Positions 30,907 through 41,256 of a stretch of 64,000 bases of DNA are shown in pieces. Location of the stretch: positions 268,838-332,837 of the forward strand of contig CAVRKK010000001.1 of the NCBI GenBank assembly GCA_963722385.1, given 5' to 3'. Origin of the DNA: an uncultured bacterium (GTDB taxonomy: Bacteria > Babelota > Babeliae > Babelales > Babelaceae). The position numbers and the translations under genes were made by a program. Numbering within the stretch: position 1 is the stretch's first letter; each line of letters opens with the position of its first letter. Below the pieces are notes generated by a model. That model saw nothing but the letters and a program-made list of their open reading frames with translations. It was not told the origin of the DNA and did not search any database.

Positions 30907-31090
30907 TTAAGTTATGCCCCAAAATAGCAAAGTTACAACTTTGGAATGATCATCATGCTCATAATTAGCATAACCATATCCTTTGCTGATAATAATTTTT
31001 CCATCTCTCGCAACTAGGACTACGCCATTAAAATTACCGTACCTTTGTATATAGGTATCGATTTTTTGAGCAAGCTTTCGATGAAGACTA
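30907..31090 (-). pseudogene. Beta-lactamase-family serine hydrolase N-terminal remnant
   Basis: KIDTYIQRYGNFNGVVLVARDGKIIISKGYGYANYE then a stop before any SxxK. Confidence 0.65.
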
Positions 31091-31381
31091 AATCTTCCGA
31101 TTTATAGGGTATGCTAATTTCGTATAATTGAACTCATATCCAAATTAAAGAAAAGAATTTCTTTAAAACGCACCTAACTAAGTAGCAAGCGGGTGGTCAC
31201 CTCGAATGGTAGGTTAAATTCCTTTTATGATATGCTTGTGTGCAGAGGAGCTTTAAATAGCTTCCTTTTTTATGAGAAAAAACATCTTAACGCTTAATAT
31301 TCTGTATTTAGGAAAGATAGATGATACAAATATTTTTCATATCAGGTTTTTTGCATCGGTTAACCCTGTTAGCCTTTGCTA

Positions 31382-32505
31382 TAGACATCACACTTTAAAA
31401 ATAGACTAAAACGGTAAACTGTTTTGGCAAAAGGGAGTGTTTTAAAATGCCAAGACAGATTGTTTTAAACCAAGCACAAATTGAAGATCTTAAAGCATTT
31501 TCAAAAAACAAAGAAACAAACACGAAAGAATCGCTGCGTAGCCAAGCGATTTTAATGCTTAATAGAAGATTCGATTTAGGAATTATTGAAGAGCTAACTG
31601 GGTTTAAAAGAAGTTCAATATTTACATTGCGAAACAATTTTCTGCGGAAAGGAATCGACGGGATTAGGGACAAGCGTAAAAAAAAGACTCGATCACTGCT
31701 GACTAAAGGCCAACGAACACAAATTTTAGAGACGCTCAAAAATAATACTCCTCGAGATTACGGATTTGATGAGGATTACTGGACAACTTGGTCATTAGGA
31801 CATCTTATTCGCGAGCAATATGATGTAAAATATAAATCAAAAACCTCATTGTATCTTATTTTTAAAGAAGCGCGTTTTACATTTCACAAGCCTGGAAAGG
31901 TTTATCAGAAACGTGATGAACAGCAGGTTCAGAAATGGAAAGAAGAAGTAATGCCTGTAATTAAAAAAGCCTGGAATAGTGATCAGATCGAGATATTCGC
32001 TGCTGACGAAATGATTCTTTCATCAACAACAACATTCCAAAAAATTTGGTTGCCCGCCGGCGAGTACCCTAAAATTGAGGCCACAAGCACACGAGAAAAT
32101 CGGGCATTTTATGGGTTTTTAAACATAAAAACAGGCCGAGAACATGCTTTCATCACAGAAAAACAAAACATGTATATTACGGTAGATGTGTTAAAGCAGC
32201 TTAGACGTAATTATCCGAAAAGCAGATTGCTTTTGATTTGGGATAATGCAGGATGGCATCGAGGGTCAGCCGTCCAGGAATTTTTAAAAGGAGATAAAAA
32301 CATCGATTTAATCTACTTTCCAGCATATGCTCCTGAAGAAAACCCGCAAGAGAAGGTTTGGAAAGCTGCTCGCAAAAATGTTTCACATAATCGTTTCATC
32401 GATAATATCAAGCAAATATCAAATGATTTTGCTGAATTTTTAAATAACACTTTCTTTGAGTACAGTTTGCTGGGCTTTAAGTCTAAAACCTAAATGTGAT
32501 GTCTA
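31382..32505 (+). mobile_element. IS630-family insertion sequence
   Basis: TIRs TAGACATCACA / TGTGATGTCTA, flanking TA duplication, target context gcTAgc. Confidence 0.93.
31447..32493 (+). CDS. IS630 transposase, intact single ORF
   Basis: ADE, WDNAGWH, PAYAPEENPQEKVW. Confidence 0.95.
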   Translation: MPRQIVLNQAQIEDLKAFSKNKETNTKESLRSQAILMLNRRFDLGIIEELTGFKRSSIFTLRNNFLRKGIDGIRDKRKKKTRSLLTKGQRTQILETLKNNTPRDYGFDEDYWTTWSLGHLIREQYDVKYKSKTSLYLIFKEARFTFHKPGKVYQKRDEQQVQKWKEEVMPVIKKAWNSDQIEIFAADEMILSSTTTFQKIWLPAGEYPKIEATSTRENRAFYGFLNIKTGREHAFITEKQNMYITVDVLKQLRRNYPKSRLLLIWDNAGWHRGSAVQEFLKGDKNIDLIYFPAYAPEENPQEKVWKAARKNVSHNRFIDNIKQISNDFAEFLNNTFFEYSLLGFKSKT

Positions 32506-32714
32506 TAGCTCATAAGTAGATACGCCAAGAATTCGGGGGTACCTAAGCGACGCATTCGGGAATAGATAAATCAGATTTTAAGGTAATCAAACAACCTATC
32601 CTAAAACGGATCAATTTTCGCCTTTGGTTGATCAGATCGTTAAAAAGCTCTCTCAAATACTTGCTTTTGTAACATAATAATGTTACGATTATAAATCTTA
32701 AAAGTCTTGTAGAG

Positions 32715-33104
32715 GTGGCAATGGCCAAGAAACATATAGTATATACTGGTCGAGAGTTTACTATAGAATGGTATTACGATGAACGAGGACAAAGCGGAGC
32801 TCGCGACTACTTCGACAATTTAGTTATCGAAAGAAGAAAGAAAGCATTTTATTTATTCAGGACGATGGGAGATCTTGGAGAAATCTTAAATATTGAAAAA
32901 TTTAGGAATGAAGGAGATCAGATTTACGCATTTAAGCCTAGCCCTGATAGATTCCTTTGTTTCTTTATTAAAGGGTCAAAGATTATAATAACTAATGCAT
33001 TTCATAAGAAAGGCGATAAATTGCCTCAAGGTGAAAAAGAAAGAGCTCTTAAGTATAAAGAAAGTTATCTCAAAAGAATTAAACTAGGAAACTATTATGA
33101 ATAA
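32715..33104 (+). CDS. RelE/HigB-like type II toxin
   Basis: IEWYYDE, IYAFK...RFLCFF...IIITNAFHKK; toxin-first, overlaps the HTH gene. Confidence 0.85.
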   Translation: MAMAKKHIVYTGREFTIEWYYDERGQSGARDYFDNLVIERRKKAFYLFRTMGDLGEILNIEKFRNEGDQIYAFKPSPDRFLCFFIKGSKIIITNAFHKKGDKLPQGEKERALKYKESYLKRIKLGNYYE

Positions 33105-33459
33105 AAAAGAGTTAAGCAGCTACGATGAGTTTATTGAAAGTCTTAGCCAAAAGGACCGTGAAAACTTTGAGAAAGGATATAGAGAGTTTTTGCTATCTGA
33201 GCTGCTTCTTGCCATCATGAGAGATAATGAAGTATCGGTAAGAAAATTAGCAAAAGAAGCCGGAGTTTCCCCAACTATCGTACAAGAGTTACGATCGGGC
33301 AAAAGAAAAAATATTACTTTGCAAAACTTTGTAAGTATTCTTAGCTCATTGGGATACTCACTTATCGTTGAAAGACGGGCAAGACAAGGCTTAAAGAAGA
33401 CAAGAATGGTTCTACATAACCCGCAAAATTTTAGCAATCAGCTGTCCAAAAGTAGATAG
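33097..33459 (+). CDS. XRE-HTH antitoxin (HigA-like)
   Basis: SVRKLAKEAGVSPTIVQELRSG. Confidence 0.85.
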   Translation: MNKKELSSYDEFIESLSQKDRENFEKGYREFLLSELLLAIMRDNEVSVRKLAKEAGVSPTIVQELRSGKRKNITLQNFVSILSSLGYSLIVERRARQGLKKTRMVLHNPQNFSNQLSKSR

Positions 33460-33467
33460 CACATCTA

Positions 33468-34382
33468 TTGTTCAAGTCTATAGGTTTTATGGATAAAAAA
33501 GATTTATTACAGCTTATTGGCCCGCTCCCTATCAAAGTTAATTTAAACGCAAAAACAGTTGAATTAGTAGACTGTGGGTCTTATATTCGTGAAAAAGTAG
33601 AATATAGCACTGAAAATAATGATAGAATACCTGCCTACATTCTTATACCAAAGAACTTGAAATCTTCTATGCCGGCAATCTATTGTCATCATCAACATGC
33701 AGGCAACTTTAAACTCGGAAAAAGTGAAGTCGTAGGGCTGGCTGGGGATTCTAACCAAGCATTAGCTGTGGAACTTGTAGAGCGTGGGTATATTACTTTT
33801 GCTCCTGATGCGATTGCTTTTGAGGAAAGAAACTGGACAGAAGATAAGTCGGGTAGAGCAGAGTATTTTGAGCTAGCTACTCGTATCGTAAGAGGCTATA
33901 CCCTGCTTGCAAAAGTTTTACATGATATGTCGGTAGGACTTGATTATCTAAGTAGTAGGGCAGAAGTGGATGCAACGAAAATCGGCTTTATTGGCCATTC
34001 TTATGGCGGCCGAATGGCTATTTGGTCCCCGGCATTTGATAAGCGTATAAAAGTTTCAGTCTCAAACTGCGGATGTGTGAATTATAAAGATTCTCTCTCA
34101 AGATATATTGGAATTCAAATGGAATTTTGCATTCCAAATATTATGAGATATGGAGACATCGAAGACATAGTTAAATTAATAGCTCCGATACCATTCTATA
34201 TTTCAGCTACCAATGAGGATATATGGAGCAAGGGAGCTGAAAAAATCTATAATTATGCTAAACCCTCATTTGTAGATACTGAGTTAAAATTAAAAATATG
34301 GCCCGGTAAACACATCTTTACTAGAGAAATGAGAGAAGAAGCATATTTATTTTTAGACACATACCTTAAAAAGACTGAATAA
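33468..34382 (+). CDS. Dienelactone-hydrolase/acetyl-esterase-like alpha/beta hydrolase
   Basis: GHSYGG, HQHAG, terminal GKH.F. Confidence 0.85.
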   Translation: MFKSIGFMDKKDLLQLIGPLPIKVNLNAKTVELVDCGSYIREKVEYSTENNDRIPAYILIPKNLKSSMPAIYCHHQHAGNFKLGKSEVVGLAGDSNQALAVELVERGYITFAPDAIAFEERNWTEDKSGRAEYFELATRIVRGYTLLAKVLHDMSVGLDYLSSRAEVDATKIGFIGHSYGGRMAIWSPAFDKRIKVSVSNCGCVNYKDSLSRYIGIQMEFCIPNIMRYGDIEDIVKLIAPIPFYISATNEDIWSKGAEKIYNYAKPSFVDTELKLKIWPGKHIFTREMREEAYLFLDTYLKKTE

Positions 34383-34511
34383 GATTCATTCCATATTGTG
34401 AGCTACGACTCGTGAGCATTTGCTTACTTTGTAAAAAGAGGCACTAAAATTATAATGATGCTGGCCTTTTCGCTGCAGCTAATACGAGACCCCATTCGTG
34501 ACGTTGGCAAA

Positions 34512-35136
34512 GAAGGTGATGGTATATATGCTTTTAAAACTCACTATGATAGATTTCTCTGTTTTTTCTTCGAAGGCGCAAAGGTAATCGTAACTTGCAG
34601 ACCAAAAGGCAAGCAATAAGATGACTCATGCAGAGAAAAGCAAATCGCTATTTCGCAGAGAAGATTATAAAAAAAGGGTAAATTTAGGAGGATACTATGA
34701 ATAGGAACGAAAATAAGGGTACCGTTGATTACTTCTTGAATCTTTAACTCCCAAAGAACGACATAAGCATGAAGAAAGTTACAAAGATTTTCTTGTATCA
34801 GAAATGATTATTGCAGCTATGGAAAATGACGATGTATCCGTAAGAGAGCTTGCAAAAACGGCTGGCATTTCACCCACAACGGTACAAAATCTTCGGTCAG
34901 GTATATCAGACTCAGGAGTTAAAAGTTTGCTTAAGACTTTTAAAAGCCTTGGCTACTCAATATTTGCCGAAAAGGGTGATGAAAGATTAACCCTTGTAGA
35001 AGCCGCAACACCTAAAAAATCTAATTTAGCTCAACGGTCAACAAAGGCTACTAAAGCAAAAGAAAAAACTAAGGCATATAAGAGAGAAATAGAAGAAATA
35101 TCAACGATCGCTCCCAAAATAGCTAGACGCAAATAG
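34512..35136 (+). pseudogene. Degenerate second RelE/HTH TA pair
   Basis: EGDGIYAFK..DRFLCFFF..KVIVT fragment ending GGYYE*; antitoxin ATG 34697 out of frame with SVRELAKTAGISPTTVQ. Confidence 0.8.
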
Positions 35137-35173
35137 ATAGAAACCTAAAAACCTTGTGCTTTTATATGACTTG

Positions 35174-36626
35174 ATGAAAGCAATACTTATTGCTCGCCTA
35201 AGCACAGAAGACCAAAGAAAAGCAGGCAACTTTTTGCCCGCACCAATTACGCGACTTGAAAAATACTGTCAAAACATAAGCTTCGAAATCATCCCAATAT
35301 GCAGACTTTAATGAAAGCGCTTATTCAGATGAGCGTACAGAATTTGACCGTATTATTGATCTTATTTTAAAGCAAAAAGAGAAGATAGCTGTTTGTTGTG
35401 ATAAAGTAGATCGCTTATCACGTAATATATTTGATAAGCGGGTTCCTATCCTGTATAAGAAAGCTCTACAGGATCAAATTGAGATGCATTTTGTATCTGA
35501 TGGGCAAATAATTACCAGTAAAATATCAGCTACTGAGAAATTCCAATTTGGGATCAGCCTCGGACTTGCAAAATACTATTCAGATGCCATCAGTGATAAC
35601 GTGAGGCGAGGTATTGAGCAAAAGCTTCGTAAAGGAGAATGGCCTGGCAAAGCTCCTTTTGGGTATAAAAATATTGTCTTGGAAAATGGCAAAAATGATA
35701 TCGCTGTTGATGATTATAACGCAATAGTACTCAAGCAAGTATATGAGCTTTATGCAACAGGTACCTACTCAATGCAAACCCTCCGCAAAAAGTTTGCCGA
35801 CCAATATGGTATTAAGTGGTCGAGCGGCTTTATTGATATGGTGCTCAAAAATCCGTTTTATTACGGTGTTATGCTAGCAAAAGGTAAACTTTATCCGCAT
35901 CGATATCCTCCTCTTATTACTCACGCATTATTTGACCAGGTTCAGAAAATAAAAGCCTCATTTAATAAGAAGCCGGTGAAATTCGCTGGACGCCCTTATG
36001 TCTACCGAGGACTATTCCGCTGCGGCGAATGTGGATTGTACATAACGCCAGAAAAGCATAAGGGCTTGGTGTATTACCATTGCACTCAATACCATGGCAA
36101 GCATGGTGCAAAATGGTTCAGGGAAGAGACAATAACGAAGCGGTTAGGCGAAGTTTTTAAGCGTTTACAGATGCCACCCGAAATCGTAAGCGAGATAACG
36201 AGCACTCTCGATGAAGTCCAAAAAACTAAGACAGAATTCTATGACAAGCATTTGAATGAGCTCAAGAGAAAGCAAAAAGAAAACAACACCATGTTGGACA
36301 ATCTTTACCTTGATAAACTCAAACGGAGAATTACTGAGGAGCAGTATGACAAATTTTACACAACTCTCCGCGAGGAAGGTGAAGATATTGCCATCAGGCT
36401 TGAGCAATTACAGGAGGCTGATGACAACTTCAGAATCACCGCAAAATACGTTCTGGATCTAAGTAATCGAGCGCATGATCTTTTTATAAATTCAGGATTT
36501 GAAGAAAAAAGGCAACTTATTAAGCTCGTACTATCGAACTTGAGAATGGAAGGCGAAAACATCGTCTACGACGTTCAAAAACACTTCGATGTGATAATAA
36601 AAAATGGGGATGATATGCTATGGCTG
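35174..36626 (+). pseudogene. Large serine recombinase with +1 frameshift near 35305
   Basis: MKAILIARLSTEDQ in one frame (stop 35309-35311); DKVDRLSRN, APFGYKN, YRGLFRCGECG zinc ribbon and coiled coil in the next frame. Confidence 0.9.
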
Positions 36627-36695
36627 GGGCGGAAGGATTCGAACCTCCGAATGCCAGGACCAAAACCTGGTGCCTTACCACTTGGCTACGCCCCA
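36621..36695 (-). tRNA. tRNA-Gln(UUG)
   Basis: TGGGGCGTAGCCAAGTGGTAAGGCACCAGGTTTTGGTCCTGGCATTCGGAGGTTCGAATCCTTCCGCCCCAGCCA. Confidence 0.97.
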
Positions 36696-36706
36696 AAAAT
36701 TAATTT

Positions 36707-36994
36707 CTATAAAACGGCTATATCGGAATCGCCAAACTCTTTGAGGACCGATTCCTCAATATGTTTTCGCATATTCGAGTTAAGCGGATGGGCAACGTCG
36801 CGAAATGAGCCATCTTTTCGTCGCCGCGAAGGCATCGATACGAACAGCCCTTTATGGCCTTCTATAACTTTTAAGTCGCGTATAATGAAACTATCATCAA
36901 AGACAATTGTTGCGTAAGCTTTAAGCCGACCCGTCTCTTTCGCCGGGTAGACCTTAACTTCGGTAATTTCCATTTGCCCGTGCCTTATCTTCAT
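36707..36994 (-). CDS. spoVG: SpoVG family protein
   Basis: MEITEVKV, LKAYATIVFD, GLFVSMPSR, FRDVAHP. Confidence 0.95.
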   Translation of the reverse strand: MKIRHGQMEITEVKVYPAKETGRLKAYATIVFDDSFIIRDLKVIEGHKGLFVSMPSRRRKDGSFRDVAHPLNSNMRKHIEESVLKEFGDSDIAVL

Positions 36995-37076
36995 CGTACT
37001 AATACTTTCTTAAATTGTACGCTGAATCGCCCATGTTGTCAACATGCTAAAGTTGCTTAAGCTCACAAGCAACTAC

Positions 37077-37985
37077 CTATATGCCCGAGTGGGATTTGCG
37101 CTCACCTGCGCGTAAGCGGGCCGATCGGGCTGAAGGATTGTACCGAATTTCTTCAGGTGTTGCCTTGACCGCTTTTGCCGTTAGCAGGTTAAAATCATGT
37201 CGATGATCCCGTAAAAAATTTTTAACGAGACGGTCTTCAAGAGAGTGAAAACTAATGCATACAAGTCGTCCCTGGGGCGCTAAGACCGTGAGGCTTTGCG
37301 ACAGAAGCGCGCGAATATTATCGAGCTCATGGTTGACCGCGATCCGAAAAGCTTGAAAAACGCGTGTCGCAGGATGAATGCGACTACGCGGGTTTCGCCC
37401 AATAACCGAGGCAATAATATCAGCTAGTTGCCCCGTGGTTTTTATAGGGCGGATTCGCCGTGCCTCGATTAATGCTCTGGCAAGACGACGGGATTGCGGT
37501 TCTTCGCCATATTCATGAATTATATAAGCCAATTCTTCCTCAGAAGCCTTGTTAACCAAGTGATAAGCCGTATAGCGCTGATGGGCAGGTGACATGCGCA
37601 TATCAAGCGCTGTATCATGAGCAAATGAAAAACCAGGCTTTTGGAAAATTTGGTAGGTCGATGTACCGAAGTCAGCAAGAATGCCATCTACTTGTCCGAT
37701 TTGATGGCGTTTAAGCAATAAACCAAGCTGGGAAAAACTTCCCCATATGGCTTTAAAGCGCTGGCCAAACTCTTGCTCAATGGGAGGAGCATTTTGTTCA
37801 ATCGCCGTTTTATCCCAATCAACACCTATAACTTTGCACGCGGGTTGTTGGGTTAGGAGGGCGCGAGTATGCCCTCCACCACCAAAAGTCGCATCGATAT
37901 AAGTTCCACTAGGCTTCGGCGCCATATAATGCACTACTTCTTCTACCAAAACTGGTTTGTGATAGCTTGATTCGATCGTTTCCAT
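37077..37985 (-). CDS. rsmH: 16S rRNA m4C1402 methyltransferase
   Basis: HKPVL, DATFGGGGH, LDMRM, ISFHSLEDR, NPSARSA. Confidence 0.97.
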   Translation of the reverse strand: METIESSYHKPVLVEEVVHYMAPKPSGTYIDATFGGGGHTRALLTQQPACKVIGVDWDKTAIEQNAPPIEQEFGQRFKAIWGSFSQLGLLLKRHQIGQVDGILADFGTSTYQIFQKPGFSFAHDTALDMRMSPAHQRYTAYHLVNKASEEELAYIIHEYGEEPQSRRLARALIEARRIRPIKTTGQLADIIASVIGRNPRSRIHPATRVFQAFRIAVNHELDNIRALLSQSLTVLAPQGRLVCISFHSLEDRLVKNFLRDHRHDFNLLTAKAVKATPEEIRYNPSARSARLRAGERKSHSGI

Positions 37986-37989
37986 CTAC

Positions 37990-39408
37990 TTACTCGGTAA
38001 CCTCACGAACAAGATTTTCAAGGCCCAGCGAGTTTGAACCCTTAACAAGAACTACACACTCATTCGTGAGGCGCGCTGTCAGGCAGCTTAAAGCTTGCTT
38101 CCATGTAGGAACAACCTCACAGGTTACATAGGTAGGCATAGTTTTTTGTGCCCACTTAACGTTATCTCCAACTAAAACAACATGTTGCAATGAAGGCACT
38201 TTACGTAAGAACCTACCAAGTTGCCTATGCCAAAATGGAGCGTTGACGCCGAGCTCAAGCATGTCGCCCAAAACCGCAATTTTATGACCTTTCTCGTCAA
38301 GCTTCTCAAAGGCAAGCAATGCTGCTTTCATGCTTTCGGGGCTTGCATTATAGCAATCGTCTATGAGGACACCCTTTTTTGCTTTTATAAGCCGCCGCTC
38401 AAACCTGCTTGGCACCGGCGTATGCGACTGGAGCCCTGCAATAATCATCGCTGCAGGTATCCCAATAACATGGGCAGCTGCGCATGCCGCAAGACCATTC
38501 ATAACCGGTCCCATGTGGTTGGTTGACATCGACACGCGTAAGCGATCACGATAAAGCTTTAAAATGAAATTTGTGTTTTGACCAAGAACTTGAATCTTAC
38601 GTGCCTGGACCTGATTGGTCATCTTACACCCAATTCTAATAACAGGATGTGAATATGCAATCGACGTGAGCAACGGCTGGTCGCCGTTAATAATGCCTAT
38701 ACTATCTTCTTTAAAATATTTAAAAATATCACGCTTTTCGCTCGCAATGTCGTTAATCGAGCCAAGTCCCTCCATATGACTATGGCCAATAGCGGTAATA
38801 ATAGCGGTTGTTGGTCGTACCATTCCAGCAATAAGCGACATTTCTCCACGCTTGTTTATACCCATTTCAAAAATTGCAACATCATGGTCAGCTCGCATCT
38901 TCAAAATATTTAAGGCTGCTCCTATAACGGTATTTTGGTTGCCTGATGATGCTACATATTTTTTTCCAGCCTGCTGCACTATATGGGCAAGCATCTCTTT
39001 GGTCGATGTTTTTCCTACCGAACCTGTAATGCCTATGATGGGATAATTAAACTGTGCTCGCCAGGCAGTAGCAAGCGCTTCGAGGGCTCGACAACTGTCA
39101 GGAACAACGGCTATAGCAAGACTTGCCTTTTGTTCAGCACCAAGCTTTTGTAGGCAGTCTTGTCGGGATTGGCTTACTATAATCCCCCGCGCACCCCGCG
39201 CAATAGCCTCCTGCATAAAATCATGGCCATCCAGGCGCACTCCCTTAAGAGCAACAAAGATCTCACCTGGTTTGATCACCCGAGAATCTACAGCAAACGA
39301 AGATTCTTCAGGAAAGTCTGTACCGTAAAAAATTGCTTCCGGAATTACCGATTTTACGAACTCTCTATTAAAACGCATTGGACATTCCCCATTGGTTAGT
39401 ATGCTCAT
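37990..39408 (-). CDS. murF: UDP-MurNAc-tripeptide--D-Ala-D-Ala ligase
   Basis: DSR, GITGSVGKTSTKE, DDCYNASPESM, LGDMLELG, LVKGS. Confidence 0.96.
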   Translation of the reverse strand: MSILTNGECPMRFNREFVKSVIPEAIFYGTDFPEESSFAVDSRVIKPGEIFVALKGVRLDGHDFMQEAIARGARGIIVSQSRQDCLQKLGAEQKASLAIAVVPDSCRALEALATAWRAQFNYPIIGITGSVGKTSTKEMLAHIVQQAGKKYVASSGNQNTVIGAALNILKMRADHDVAIFEMGINKRGEMSLIAGMVRPTTAIITAIGHSHMEGLGSINDIASEKRDIFKYFKEDSIGIINGDQPLLTSIAYSHPVIRIGCKMTNQVQARKIQVLGQNTNFILKLYRDRLRVSMSTNHMGPVMNGLAACAAAHVIGIPAAMIIAGLQSHTPVPSRFERRLIKAKKGVLIDDCYNASPESMKAALLAFEKLDEKGHKIAVLGDMLELGVNAPFWHRQLGRFLRKVPSLQHVVLVGDNVKWAQKTMPTYVTCEVVPTWKQALSCLTARLTNECVVLVKGSNSLGLENLVREVTE

Positions 39409-39471
39409 ATGGTACGACGTACAAAAATGATCCCATTTTGTACATTTGTCAAGAAATAAGTTAAAAAGGTT

Positions 39472-40233
39472 TTAATCATAACGTGGTTGATACGAAGAAA
39501 GCTGAGTTTCTTGCCATATTTCTACAATAATTTTCTCGATATCTTGATCAGTGTCGGTGGTTAACGTTTCCTGCAGCTTGAAGTTGATACATGAGAACGT
39601 ACGGCGAACACCCAGAGAAGGCAGAGGTATCGAAAGCGGGCCCAACCATGAACATCCGAGAATAAGCACCAATGAGGCCCACAAAAGAGCGATTATCACT
39701 ATATTGCCTAAGCCATTGCTGATGGCCAAGCAACCAAATATAAAATCACCGAGTGCACCTCCATCACCTTTTTCGCTTGTTAGAAACCATGCTAAACTCG
39801 ATATTATAAGCGTAAATCCTGCGAGCCGTTGCATAAGGTCATGATAATTCGCTTTGCCTACAAGCATTACACCTATCAAAATAAGCAATACGTAAATGGT
39901 TTGGCCAAACAAAGCAATCAAAACGCTTGCCATATAAGCGCCACCTGCGCCAAGAGCATTATTGCATGCTCTTGGCATACTATCTTCGTAAAGCCACGAT
40001 TCGTCATGGGGATTATACGTTATAAGCGCGATGATGCTCAAGCATAACGCAGCGATAAGCACGCAGCGGCCTACCATAAACACGTACTCGGGTATTTTTC
40101 GTAAAGGATCAAAAATGCGCATGAGCGTTTCCTTTCTTATGTTCACGGCAGTGTGCTCAATTTTTGGTAGTATATACCGACCTGCTTTAGAAAAAAAAGG
40201 AGATGAAGCAAGGCACAATGAGGTAAATTCCAA
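39472..40233 (-). CDS. Stand-alone FtsK 4TM-like membrane domain
   Basis: LITYNPHD.SW, N.LG.GGAY.A..L..LFG, GG.LG; no ATPase domain. Confidence 0.6.
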   Translation of the reverse strand: MEFTSLCLASSPFFSKAGRYILPKIEHTAVNIRKETLMRIFDPLRKIPEYVFMVGRCVLIAALCLSIIALITYNPHDESWLYEDSMPRACNNALGAGGAYMASVLIALFGQTIYVLLILIGVMLVGKANYHDLMQRLAGFTLIISSLAWFLTSEKGDGGALGDFIFGCLAISNGLGNIVIIALLWASLVLILGCSWLGPLSIPLPSLGVRRTFSCINFKLQETLTTDTDQDIEKIIVEIWQETQLSSYQPRYD

Positions 40234-40960
40234 AATGCCACCAGGTTCCCTGTAATGCCATCCGGTAAGTCATCCACAAGGTAAAATACGAGATAATGCC
40301 TCCCACAAAGAGGCACAGAGGTAACAATCCTCCAACCATGCAGGGAAGATCATTATCACACATGCTTTTTAAGAAAGCCACCATAATCAACGGCCATTCG
40401 ATCGTCAAAGAAAACATAAAAGACGTAGAAGGCGCAAGGCCCAGCCAACGCCCCATGCTATAGGTCGATCCCAAGCGAGAAATTCCCGGGAGCAAGGATA
40501 CCCCTTGGATGCAGCCGATAACAAAGGCTTGCCAAGGCTTGATAATCGTCATACCTTGACGACCAGCCCTATCCGATTTAATCAGCGACAAAGCAGCGAG
40601 CGCACTTATGGCAAAACCAAACCACAAAGAGATTGTTATTGCACATGACTTGAAAAAAAAATAGCATATGACCGTAGGAATTTCAGCACAGACACCAAGT
40701 GTAAGCAACCACATGAGGGAGGCCCTTGCGCGCCACGGATGCTTAAGCATCAAAAGCCATCGCCGCTTTAAAAATAGTGTTAGAATTATAACACTTGGAC
40801 CATGCAATATAGATTCGCAATTTGATAACGAAAAAAAATTAACAATCTGAGCATCCCCAAAAAGTTGTACGAGAAGTCGCAGATGACCCGAGCTGCTAAT
40901 CGGTAACGACTCGGCAACAAGATGAAGAAGAAATAAAAAGCACAAAATTTTTGTAAACAT
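40187..40960 (-). CDS. uppP: Undecaprenyl-diphosphate phosphatase
   Basis: ESLPISSSGHL, LLPGISRLGST. Confidence 0.9.
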   Translation of the reverse strand: MFTKILCFLFLLHLVAESLPISSSGHLRLLVQLFGDAQIVNFFSLSNCESILHGPSVIILTLFLKRRWLLMLKHPWRARASLMWLLTLGVCAEIPTVICYFFFKSCAITISLWFGFAISALAALSLIKSDRAGRQGMTIIKPWQAFVIGCIQGVSLLPGISRLGSTYSMGRWLGLAPSTSFMFSLTIEWPLIMVAFLKSMCDNDLPCMVGGLLPLCLFVGGIISYFTLWMTYRMALQGTWWHFGIYLIVPCFISFFF

Positions 40961-41256
40961 AGACTTGATCGATCAATTGGCTCAATATAAAAGTGGTTTT
41001 TATGCGTATTTCACCCAAATATCTTTGTATATAACAAGAACATTCTACGATTAACTGTTGCAATCTCAAAATCTTTTGTCTAAATTATAGACCGACTACT
41101 AAATAGATACCATCAATTATGGTCAAAAATTTTGAGAGAGGTTGAAAGGGGGTATAAAAGATCAACAAGCGAACACGTATAGAAATATAATTCAGCATAT
41201 CGGTTGTTTCTCGATTAGACGGTAATCGAGTTAAGTCATACATAGGGAGTACTTAA

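Larger units (their letters stand above)
28112..36626. mobile_element. Integrative element in the 3' end of tRNA-Gln, large serine recombinase type
   Basis: tatggctg direct repeat at 28112-28119 and 36619-36626; recombinase ORF reads into the tRNA; cargo of TA modules and IS. Confidence 0.8.

Noticed and set aside
36627..36917. C-terminal ~95 aa of the recombinase ORF as a real domain
   Set aside because: It is antisense read-through of tRNA-Gln and spoVG
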